DNA of 64,000 nucleotides from Anthoceros angustus. Lineage: Eukaryota; Plantae; Anthocerotophyta. The position numbers were made by a program, and so were the translations under genes. The stretch covers positions 248,001-312,000 of the forward strand of contig MU008209.1 in assembly GCA_010909165.1 (NCBI GenBank), in the 5' to 3' direction. Shown piece by piece: positions 47,050-57,750 of the stretch. The notes below the pieces were generated by a model. The model had not been told where the DNA came from, did no database searches, and worked only from the letters and a program-made list of their open reading frames with translations. Position 1 is the first letter of the stretch. Every line of letters starts with the position of its first letter.

Positions 47050-50000
47050 ATGGAGATCATGTCTGCTGTGGCGGAAAGCGGGGACAGGAGGTTGCAGGCC
47101 AAGTTCAAGCATTCGCTCAATGTGGTGGATCGGACTCTTGCACTTTACAGGTAAGTGTTTTTGATATTGCATCGATGTTGCCTCCTTGTTTGTGTGCTTG
47201 CTACCCTGGCTTCGTGCATGGTCTCTGGTGGTTTTGGATCTTGTCCATTTGATTTTCTTCCGGAAGTGATGTTTCAAGCATCTCACTCTCCGGCGTCCTG
47301 CGTGGATTCTGAGAGTGTCATTGCTTGGAGTCTGTCCATTGTAGGAGTTTAACGCCTGTTTCCTATAGGTTTGAAGAGGTGGCTTTCAGTTTCAACGGTG
47401 GCAAAGATTCCACTGTAAGTCCCAGGGATAAGAATTGGGATATGAATTGAGAGGCCATTGTCGTTTCGAGTTTGAGGCAGGAGTTACTGGTTGCTGATTA
47501 CAATGCCTATGCTTGGTACAGGTTCTCTTGCACCTTCTGCGAGCAGGTTTCGCCGCAGCTGCTTCGAGATCGTGTTCAGGATCTGCCGATCCTAAAAGCC
47601 CTTCCTCAGCTACCCCGCATTCTATCACGACAATTTATTTCAGAAGTCCGAACGCATTTCCGGAAATTGATGCTTTTACGTTAGAAACTGCCAAAAGGTG
47701 ACCTCCACTGTTTAGATTGCGAATCTGGGAGTGTGGAGAGGTTAGAGCTGCGTGTCGTTGATTTAGTATGTGCTGGCTCGTGACAGGTATAACCTAGAGC
47801 TTAAAGAGATTAGTCTTGATTTTAAGTCTGGGATTGAAGAACTACGCCGGGACAGGCCAATCATGGCCATTTTTCTTGGTACTCGGATTGGGGATCCCAA
47901 TGCGGTATGTTCCATCACATTCATGTCCGGTTCTGACTTTCGTTTTCGATTCTAGTACTGCCAGTCCACACATTGTCCACGCCTCTCAGTGTCTGAGGTG
48001 ACTTTTGACATGCTGCCTTGCCTTATTCAGGTGGGGCAAGAAAAATTCTCTCCTAGCTCTGCAGGCTGGCCGCCTTTTATGCGAGTGAACCCCATTCTGG
48101 ATTGGTCTTACAGGTCAGTGGTTTGGTGTATGGGATCTGCTACTAGTATTGTGATAAGTGGTACTAAAAACAGGCATGGGCCACATTTATCTCGCCCAAG
48201 CTGATTGTACGTGGTTTATGGACTACTCAGGGACGTATGGGCGTTTCTGCTGGCCTGTCAAGTCCCATACTGCAAGCTGTATGATCAAGGGTGAGACTGG
48301 AAGTTTGCCGTTTCTAGATGCTTGTTTCTTGTTTGCAGGTATCACTAAACGGCTGAACAGGAAGTCATACTTTATGACTAACTTTGCTCACTGTAGTCTG
48401 TTCTTTTTCTAGGTACACATCTATTGGCAGTGTGCACGACACATTACCAAATGGAGCTCTGCTCATCCCCAGATTGGATGGGCAAGTGGAGATGGGAGTT
48501 GCACCTGGATCTGCAACCTATCGGCCTGCTTATCTTCTTCGGGATGGAAGACTTGAAAGAGCAGGGAGAACAAAGAAACCCTCTTTTAAGTGTAACTCAA
48601 CAGTGGATGCAACAGATAATGGTGACTTATCGGTTGCCAGAGGCAACACTCTGTATGCTGCATCGATCCTAGTCGTGGGCGATGAAATACTGTAAGCTCG
48701 GCTATGTCTTTTGTCTGGGTCACTGGGATTCAGTTTCTTAAAAAGCACTAGGGATACCATAGTGTGTAACCTGATAAGCTGTTCTGCTCTGACAATTATG
48801 TGACTGGCATCTGTGTCTACTGTTCTAATATGGGGTCTGCTACAGACGAGGAGAAGTTGAGGATCATGTGGGCACCTACCTGAGCCAAGAGCTTCACCTG
48901 ATTGGTTGGGCCATTGCTCGTCGAGCCATTCTGCCAAATGATGTATGGTAACATCCTTCCTTTTGTCTATCTGGATATAGGTGGACACTTCACATTCATG
49001 CAGGCATTGTAGTGTATCTGACCTTGTGATAGACACCATACTGGCTTCCAGTGCTACTATATGTTGAACAGTGCAAGTTACTCGGTGGCTACAAGTGCAG
49101 ATTGACGCAATTTCCGAGGAAGTTGAGCAGAGATCAGCCACAAACGACCTTGTAAAGTATCTCGGCTTTGCCTGCCATGTGTTTGTGCCGTTCTGCTTAA
49201 GTTTTCTAATTTGACTTGGCTGCAGGTATTGATTGCAGGCGGTGTTGGTCCTATTCACAGCGATGTTACTTTGGCAGGTGTTGCGAAGGCCTTTGGCGTC
49301 CGCCTGGTATGTTGGTGGACCGTTGTCTACGTTCTTGTCTCATGGACTTCTGGGCCAAAATGAAATTTGTTTTCGGGTGAGGTACCCCAAGCACCCGTGC
49401 ATGGTCCAGACCTGACATGCTTTGACAAAGCAGGCCACAGATGAAGAGTTCGAAGAGGATCTTCGTCAACAGATTGGCGAACATTGCTCTGGTGATCAAA
49501 ATAAGGTCTGTTAGTTTGACAAGCTATGAACGCCATTGTTTGACAGTAGTTCTCTCAAACAAACAAGCCTCTCCAAGTGAAGTCCCTACAATCCGTAGTT
49601 CCTAGTTCCCATCCATTGGATATTCCCATTGCAGATGGCGAAGTTACCAGAGGGCATCACAGAGCTTCTGCCGCACAAAGATCTACCAGTTCCTGTGGTA
49701 AGCCCCAATATGGCCGCCATTTTAACGCGGAAGCGAAAGCATCCTGTCTGTTCCGTTTTAAAAGAGGATACCAGCAGTTCACTGACGTTGGTGTGCAGAT
49801 CAAGTGCCAGAATGTATACGTGCTTCCAGCTGCAACGAGAGCGGAGGTGGAGGTCCAGTGGAGATGCTTGCTGGAGCTGAGTAGCGAGAAGGATTTGTTT
49901 CGTATTCAAGGTCCATTTGCCTCTATCAGGCTCTGCACTGCGGTTCCTGAGGTGAGTTTTTGTCTGAGGATTTTTGCTGCTGTGTGCCGAAGCCCTGTTC

Positions 50001-50545
50001 GTTGAAAGGAAGGAACAGGGACAAGAGTTGTGGGTCGACCTACCTACACTACTATTGCTCTAGGCGTTGGGAGGCAAGGAAGGACGCTAAGACCTTCATG
50101 CCGTGATGGGGACTTTCGTGTTGGAGCAGGTTGAGATTGCAGGACCATTATCCCAGCTGGATTCGGAGTATCCAGACCTCACAATAGGTCGGTGGCTGCT
50201 ATGCTTCGTTTGAGTAAAAAGCGGAAGAGCAAGCTTTTGTGCTTGTAAATCAAGCATTTAATCTCATATCGAAAACCGGTGTGTAGGCTGCTACAGGGAA
50301 TCGGCTCGCTCAGAGGCAGTGAAGGGCAACTGGAACGTGGGAAGGCTTGTGTTGAGTATTATCGGCAAGGTCGGTAACCGGGTTTTCTCCCTTCATGGGC
50401 CAAGTGCTGTTTCTAATCGTTCCGCGGTTTTGGACTGATGCTTTGCTCTGTGGTTTTGCAGAGTGCTCCGAGGGTGACAAGTGCAGCCAAGGCTCTGGAG
50501 GCCGCGTTCGCGCCTGGCGATGTTGTGGAGCTCAGGGATGAGTGA
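47050..50545 (+). CDS. Bifunctional FAD synthase (PAPS-reductase domain plus molybdopterin-binding/FAD-hydrolase-like domain)
   Basis: [88 protein letters not shown]; last exon ends VVELRDE*. Confidence 0.9.
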
Positions 50546-51004
50546 CGTGGCACACATCAGAGACGCGGCTGCTGGGTTGTTCGCGGGAGCGACGAGCTTT
50601 TATATTATTATTACTACTGCTGCCGACGCTGTCGCATTCGGTCGGAGGGTGACTCGCAGAGCTCATCTTTGGATGCTCTTTTGGTGATCACTAGTAGTGC
50701 GTCACTCCCATAGATGATGCTATATACACGTCGCGAGCATTATTAACAACCGGCTGAGCTTTGTTGATTCATACAATTCCTCCGGCTGTAGCCGACTATT
50801 CCCTCTGCATGCGCGGCACGCACTTCGTACCTTTTGCAGGTCCGTCACATTGAGAGTGAGGCCAGGATGCAAATTATGGAGGCTTCCCATTTCCATGTGC
50901 ATCCCCAGACGATGCTCTGCATGTACACGAGAGAGATCATTGGCTCAAGCTGAAGACCCGGTGTTGCCGGGTGTGTTCTACCTACTGCGAATGTGCATGG
51001 AGTC

Positions 51005-54000
51005 TCAGAAAACATCACTGAAGGTTTGGGCAGCACTAGCAGGTGGCGGGGTTTGGGAGGCTTGGGCGATCTTGTCCCAGCCCAGGTCGAAGGTGTCGTC
51101 ACCGTGGGCACCATCATCTGCATGGGCACGGGCATCCAGATGGGAGGCGACGGGGGCCTCGAGGGACGGCGGATTCCTGCACCGGATGAGCGGCCAGTTG
51201 AAGCCCTGGAAGAAGGGGTGCTGCTTGATGTCGTTGGCGCCGCGGAAGGCCCCCAGGCGCCGCGCCGGGTCCCGGTGCAGCAGCGCGCCGATGAGCTGAC
51301 GCGCCGGGAGCGAGACGGGAATGCTAGCCGGAAAAGTGAGCTCCTGCTGCAGGACGTTGACGAAGGTGAGGTGACGGTTCCGGCCGCGGAAGGGAGTGCG
51401 GCCGTACAGCATCTCGTAGAGCAGGATGCCGAGCGCCCACCAGTCGACGGCGCTGGTGTGGCCCTCCCCATTGATCACCTCCGGCGCGATGTACTCCTCG
51501 GTGCCGACGAAGGAGTTGGAGGCGGCGCTGGGCTGTGCGCAGAAGACGGGCTGCTGCTGCTCGCGCCGCCGCTTGCGCCGCCGCATCGGGCCGACATGGC
51601 TCTGCAGGAGCTGCGGGCGCGAGGAGGTGAGGAAGGAGAGGTCGAAGTCGGTAAGCAGAATGTGGCCGTTGTCCTGGAGCAGCACGTTCTCGGGCTTGAG
51701 GTCCCGGTAGATGACGCCCATGTAGTGCAGATACTCCAGGGCGATCACCACCTCGGCGGCGTAGAACCGGGCCGCGTCCTCGCTGAAAATCTTACGCGGC
51801 TGCTCCTCCTGGAGCACAAATAGCTCCCCGCCGGGGCAGAAGTCCGTGATGAGGCACACGTGCGTGCGCGTCTGGAAGCTGGCGTAGAGCGTGGGCAGAA
51901 AGGGGTGGTCCACCATGGCCAGGATGCTGCGCTCCGCGCGCGCCCGGTGCACCTTGTTGCGCCGCACCATGGCGCCCTTGTCCATGGCCTTCATGGCGAA
52001 CACATGGCCCGTGCCCCGCAGCTCCACCAGGTACACGGACCCCGTGTCCCCGCGGCCCAGCGGCCTGAGCGGCCGGAAGTCCTTCAGGCCCAGCCCCTGC
52101 CCCTGCCCCCGCCGCTGCACCCTCCCGATGGCGTGCCACTGCGCGCTGTTGAGCTTGTGCGGCCGCGCAGTCACGGGCCCCGAGTGCGCCACCCACAGCG
52201 CGTCCGGGGTCTGGTCCGCGTCCGGCAGCTGCCGCGTCGCCCTGTCCACGGTCTTGGCCGTCGTCTTGTTGCTCTTCACCAGCAAATGCTGTGCTGCTGC
52301 TGCTCCTCCTCCTCCTGCTGCTGCTTCAACTTCCCCCTCCTGCTCTGCATCGACGGCGGCAGGGGCAGGGGCGAGGGCGGGAATCTTCTTCCTCGCCTTT
52401 GCAGACGAACCCCTGTCCTTGCTGGGAACATAGTCCGCCACCTTCTGCTGCACGCCGATGAAGTACTGTAGCGCCCCGCTCTCCGGGTCGCGCATGGCCT
52501 GCAGGTGGAACAGGTTCCAGAACGCCTGCCCGCCCTTGGTGTAGTTCACCATCTCCAGGGTCAGGTCACGGGCGTCGCGCACTGCGTCCCGGATCTTCTT
52601 CACGCTGGCCGGGTCCGTGTCCGGGCCCTGCAAGAAGCGGCAGTTCCGGCCCAGAACCTCCTCCCGGGTGTACTCCGTCAGGTCCAAGAAGCGGTCGGAG
52701 GCGAAGATGATGGGGTTGTCGTCAAGCCGGGGGTCCGTGATGACGAAGCTGTCGTCGATGCGCTCCAGCGTGGTGGCCAGATCCACTCCCCGCCGCGTCC
52801 GCTCCGGCAACCGGACGCGGTCGATCCTCCGTCGTCCTCCACCATAACCACCTCCAGCTCGGGGTACGCGGACTCCTGCGCAGCCGCCGCCACTGCCGCC
52901 GCCACGTCCTCCAGCAGCAGCGGCTTCCTCTCCTGCTCCGAGATCGCGGACCCGCTCGTCGCCAGCCCGCTGCTGCTGTTGCTCCCGCTCGACAACCCGG
53001 GCACCAGCTTCGTCCTCGGCTCAGACGCCAGCGACAGATTCGACATGGACACGAACCCGGGGCCGAGCAGCGGGGGCGGCTGCTCCAACACCTGCCTGGG
53101 CCGCGCCACGGCCGCCACCAAATCCCCCACCAGCCCCTTGGCCTTCTCCTCCTGCCGCGCGTCGTACCGGATGAGCGACTGCGGGAGCCCCTTGGGCCGC
53201 ACCGCGTCCGCCATCGCCCCCTCCGTGTGCTTGCTCACTTCCGCCTGCATCCCCACGAAATGCGTCGTCGCCCCGGCATCGTCCTTCACCGCCGTGATGG
53301 TCAGCAGGTTCCAGAAGGTGGACCCGTCCTTCTTGTAGTTGAGAATCCTGCCGCAGAACCTCCCGCTCCCGCCATCCCCCAGCGCGGCCCGAATCTGCTC
53401 CACCTGCCCCGGGTCCGTGTCCGGGCCCTGCAGGAAGCGGGGATTCGCTCCCAGCACCTCCTTCGTCCCGTACCCCGTCATGGCGAAGAACCCCGCGCTG
53501 GCGAAGATGATGGGGTAATCCGGCTTCCCGGCGTCGCACACCAAGAACGCGAGCGGGAACGACCCCAGCGCGTCCTTCACCTCCCGGCTCATCCCGCTAA
53601 CGCCATCGCTCCCCTCCGAGCTCCGCATCGCCTCCATCCACTCACGCGCCAAACTGCACGGCATGGACAGCGACGGGCCATTACCCCCGGGCCCGCCACC
53701 GCCAGGCACGGGCAGGGACAGCGACATGACGCGCGACATGGACGTACTCGTCTTCACGCCGGAGCTCCCGCTGCCTTCGTCGTTCGCCTCCTCCTCCCGC
53801 TGCAAGATGAGGTGCAGGGAATGGATGGCGTCCCGGTCCACCTCCTCCCACGCCGAGCTCCGCCCCTTGATGTACTCCGCGAACGCCAGGAAGGAAGAGC
53901 GCGGGTGAAGCCTGCTCCCGTCATCGCCTTCCTCCGCGCTGTGCCGCGCCCCGGCCCAGCTCCGCTCCCGGGGCTCCTGCGACCGGAACCAGAACACGAA

Positions 54001-55523
54001 GGAGCCGGCCGGCGAGATCCTGGCCGCGGCCATCCCGGCTACGGCGTCCCCGAGCGCGGCTGCTCCGGGGTACCCAGACTCCGTGAGGGAGTCGGACACG
54101 AAATCCACCACATCCTTGTCCTGCCGCAGCAGCCATCCCGCCATCTCCCGGATCTGCGCCTCAGTCGGCGTGGTGCCGAGCATCCAAATCCGCTTCCCGT
54201 AGTAGAGCGCGGCGCCGGAACAGTCCACCAGATCCATCACCGTCGGCGCCTGCACCACCACTCCCACCGGGAGCTCCCGCAGCAGCATGTCGCAGAGCAG
54301 CCCCTCGTTCCTCTGCACCCGCTCCTGCCGCACCTGCTCCGCGTAGTCCATCTCGCGGTTCAGCTGCGCCGCGAAGGCCTGCACCAGGGACTCGCAGGCC
54401 TTCCGGAGCGGGAAGGGGAGGGTGCGCGGAGTGGTGTGGTGGCACACCACCAGCCCCCACAGCCTCCGGCTCCCGCTCAGCTCCTCCTCCGCGTCGCGGG
54501 TCACCACCGCCAGGGCCAGCGATGCCACGGACCCCATGTTGGCCATGTACTGGGCGTGGCAGGCGTGCGGGGAGCGCAGGCTGGACCCGGCCAGACTGAT
54601 GGGCTGATGCAGCTCCCGGGACTGCACCACCCGTACCGGGGTGGAGACGCAGTCGGCGATCATCCGCACTCGCTCCTTCATGAACAGGAACCTGGACGCC
54701 TGGGGCACGTCCGTGGCCGGGTAGTGCAGCCCGATGTACGGCTCCAGGTCCGCGCGCAACCTCTCCGCCACCACCTCCCCGTGCTCGTCCTCGTGGAACT
54801 TGTACGCCATCACCCGATCGTACCCCGTGAGATCCCGCACCTCCTCCACCACCAGGTCCAGCAGCGTCCGCAGGTCTCCCCGCACCGGCAAGGCCTGCAC
54901 CCGCGCGATGGCCGCCCTCGCCGCGCCCGCCGACACGAACATGTCCGTGGCCTCCGCTGGCTCCAGATCCACCACCAGGCCCCCGATCTCGTCGTTCGCC
55001 CGCAGCATCGCGTACAAGGGAACCCCGCTCTTGCTGTTCACCGCCAGCGGATTCAGGATCCCCGGATCCTCCGCCTCCGCCGCCTTCTCCACCACCGCCA
55101 CGCTGCTCTCCGCCAGAAGCTCCCGCGCGTCCGTCCCGATCCCGACCTCCTGCACATTCTTCCCGCCCTTGAGCCCTAGCACTTCCGCCGCGTTCTCGCT
55201 GTACGCCATCACCCGGAAGCTCTCCTCCTCCACCGCCAGCATGCACCCGAACGACTGCGTCACTCCCCCGCGCTGCATCGCGCGGAGGTACGCCGTCACC
55301 GCCTCGCTCGGCAGCTCCACCCCTCCGCCTCCGCCCCCGCCAGAGCCGCCATCCCCGCTGCCTTGGGGTACCGGTTGGATCCCCCCTCGTACGCCGCGTG
55401 CAGTCTGGCATCCGCGCTCGTCTGCGCCACCCGCACCCCGTGCCGGGACTTGCTGCTGCTCGCAGCTCCTGCTCCGCCCGAGCCCGAGCCCGAGCTCGAG
55501 CTGGGCCGCGGAGAGCGCAACAT
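51005..55523 (-). CDS. NEO: Neochrome (phytochrome-phototropin chimera), intronless; ~1506 aa after restoring two 1-nt deletions
   Basis: NTE SSKSRHGVRVAQTSADARLH; PAS QRGG..QSFGC; GAF TGYDRVMAYKFH, DVPQASRFLF, PHACHAQYM; PHY PRSSF; LOV1 ..NPRFLQ..FWNLL..GMQ; LOV2 NCRFLQ; AGC kinase GDTGSV, RDLKPEN, DFD, SNSFVGTEEY. Pieces lie in three successive frames (ORFs 55296-55523, 52678-55320, 51005-52810). Confidence 0.95.
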
Positions 55524-55864
55524 CTTGTCTTGTTGTTCAAAACCTTATCCTCCTCGAGCTCCTCCCTCCGAATGCACAAACACAACTCCCTGCTGCAGAG
55601 AATGGAATGCCTCTGCTGCAAATCAGCGATCAAATCCTCCTCCTGCCAAATCTTGAGCGTGACACATCGAGCAACAGGAACATCTTCTGAGGAAGAAGAA
55701 GAAGAAGAAGAGACAGCAGTCGAAGCCAGCAAGAAGCAGCGGGAATGCAACAAATGGCGCTTTATAATGCAAGAGGAGCTGAGGAAGGCGGCCATAGCCA
55801 GGGCGGTGCGAGGAGCATGTGGCGAGCACTTATCTGCGCAGAAAGCGCGCCGCGTGCTACCTCA

Positions 55865-55878
55865 AATTAGGCCTAATT
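55865..55878. promoter_or_regulatory. 14-bp perfect palindrome in the neochrome/F-box divergent intergenic region
   Basis: AATTAGGCCTAATT. Confidence 0.4.
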
Positions 55879-56123
55879 AAAGGCCAAGCACATGAGCCAG
55901 CGGCGCCGCCATGAGCCCTTGCCAGAGGCAAGCGCGGGGACCCGATCCGCGGTACCGGAGATCTCGATCTCCCGCCTCACGCGTCCGCGCGGGTTTAATC
56001 CCCGCCGGCCCCGGCAGCTGAGCACCATTCGTGCACCAGATCTGCAGCTGCTCCTCCTCCTGGGGATGGCCGGCTGTCGCTGGCGGCTTCACTACATCCT
56101 GCAAAGTGCACAGAGCGGGCGTC

Positions 56124-57425
56124 ATGTACAGCAGCAAAGGAGAGCGAGAGCCCGAGGGCGAGGGCCAGGGCCAGGGCGAGTCCCTGTTCGTGTTCATGGC
56201 GGACGAGCTCGAGGGCGGGCAGCAGCAAGACCAGCAAGACAGCAGCCAGTGGATGGATCCGGAGCTGTGGAGCAGGCTGCCGGAGGATGTGATCGCCTTG
56301 GTGCTGATGAAGCTCCCCGTGCTGAGCCACTTCAGATTCATGTGCGTGTGCAGGAGGTGGCGCGTGATGCTCTCGGACACCGGCTTCGCCAAGCTCTGCT
56401 GCGCCGCGGTGGAGCAGCCGACGGCCTCGGGGCCGCCGTCCTGCCTGTGCGGGATGGCCTCCGGATCCAGCCCGCCTGCGGCTGAGATCAAGATCCCGGG
56501 GTCCAGCCTCCGGCCTCACCGATTCCACCGCTCCTCGCTCCCCGCGGATCCGGCCGACGCCGCGAGCCAGCTTGATCTCTGGGCCTCCGACCGGGGCCTG
56601 CTCTGCTTCAGCAAGCGGAAGCAGCCGTACGGCGAGGCGCATCTCTACATCTGCAATCCTGTGACCCGGAGCTGGAAGAAGCTGCCTCCCGCCAGATTCG
56701 ACCAGTTCGAGTCCCCGCACCGCGCCTTCTTGCAGGTCCTGGATCCCGGCCATGCTGCGGCTGCGGCTAAGTACGAGGTGGTGCTGCTGGCCAAGACGCT
56801 CGCCGGCGGATGCTGTGTCTTCGTCTACGCGGCCGGAGCTCGGCGATGGCGGAGGCTGGAGTGGGAGGAGATCTCGGTTCCTGCATCCGGCGCCTTCGAT
56901 CCCGTGCTCTGTAACGGCGTGCTGCATGTCCTCGGATGCTCTTCCGGATCCGATCCGTTCAAGCGCGCGCTCAGCTCCTTCTGCGTGCGCAGCAAGCGGG
57001 AGGTGGCCGTGCCGGCTCCTCCCGCGGCCCGGTGCCGGAAGCTGGTGGAGCACCACGGATGCCTCTTCATTGTCTCCTTCTTGGAGCCGTTCGCGGGCCT
57101 GTCGGTGTGGAAGCTGGAGGATGCGGATCCGGAGAAGAAGCTCGCAGCCGCCGTGTGGACGCACGTCTCCACCTGCAGTGTGCAGAAATTCGCGCAGCTC
57201 ACCGGCTCCTGCAAGCCGCCTCTGCTCGCCAAGGTCGGGGCTATAGGAGGATTCATCTGCCTCTGCATAGACAACAAAACCGGGAGCTCCGCGTTGCAGC
57301 ACACTCTGGCTTTGTGCACCCGGGACAACAGCTGGTGCGTATGGGACTTTGGAATTGCGGATCCCCGCCGTTCCAAGCTGCTCCCGTTTCAGCCAACACT
57401 TACGACTTCTGTGACAACGCCATAG
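56124..57425 (+). CDS. Intronless F-box protein with a C-terminal beta-propeller-like (FBA/kelch-like) region
   Basis: LWSRLPEDVIALVLMKLPVLSHFRFMCVCRRW F-box; DRGLLC, YICNPVTRSWKKLP, PVLCNGVLH. The start may instead be at 56196. Confidence 0.88.
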   Translation: MYSSKGEREPEGEGQGQGESLFVFMADELEGGQQQDQQDSSQWMDPELWSRLPEDVIALVLMKLPVLSHFRFMCVCRRWRVMLSDTGFAKLCCAAVEQPTASGPPSCLCGMASGSSPPAAEIKIPGSSLRPHRFHRSSLPADPADAASQLDLWASDRGLLCFSKRKQPYGEAHLYICNPVTRSWKKLPPARFDQFESPHRAFLQVLDPGHAAAAAKYEVVLLAKTLAGGCCVFVYAAGARRWRRLEWEEISVPASGAFDPVLCNGVLHVLGCSSGSDPFKRALSSFCVRSKREVAVPAPPAARCRKLVEHHGCLFIVSFLEPFAGLSVWKLEDADPEKKLAAAVWTHVSTCSVQKFAQLTGSCKPPLLAKVGAIGGFICLCIDNKTGSSALQHTLALCTRDNSWCVWDFGIADPRRSKLLPFQPTLTTSVTTP

Positions 57426-57549
57426 CTCATGAGCTCGAGCTCACAACAGAGACTTCTAAGACTTGCAATCTACATCCAAGACTAAGTGTCATCTAGAACA
57501 GCAAAGCCTTACAGTTTTCTCTTTGAGTAGCTTCTTCTCGTCTGTGACA

Positions 57550-57750
57550 TAGTCCTTAGAACCTGTTCCTCTGTGCATGTCTCTGTGCATGTCCTTAGAA
57601 CCTGTTCCTCTGTGTGTCTTTCATGTTTGCTCCCTTGCGCTGCATCCAGCGTTGTACAAGAGAGTTTTCTGTTTCTGCACCTACATAGATAGCATCGTCT
57701 TCTGATGTGTGAGACAAAGCCCTTAGAAGTTGAACCTGTTCTTCTGTGTC
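57550..57750. repeat. Short direct repeats after the F-box gene
   Basis: gtccttagaacctgttcctctgtg x2 plus a degenerate copy near 57720. Confidence 0.6.

Noticed and set aside
51426-55880. Long overlapping or antisense ORFs (e.g. 53227-55179, 54161-55795, 54734-55690, 52505-53338)
   Set aside because: Shadow ORFs of GC-rich neochrome coding sequence; no recognisable domains.
51005-57425. Bacterial contamination or bacterial HGT as the source of the GC-rich island
   Set aside because: Plant-type phytochrome N-terminal extension, phototropin AGC kinase and an F-box gene are all eukaryotic plant features.
52400-57425. ZTL/FKF1-like LOV-F-box-kelch fusion
   Set aside because: The LOV domains and the F-box are on opposite strands, in separate divergent genes.
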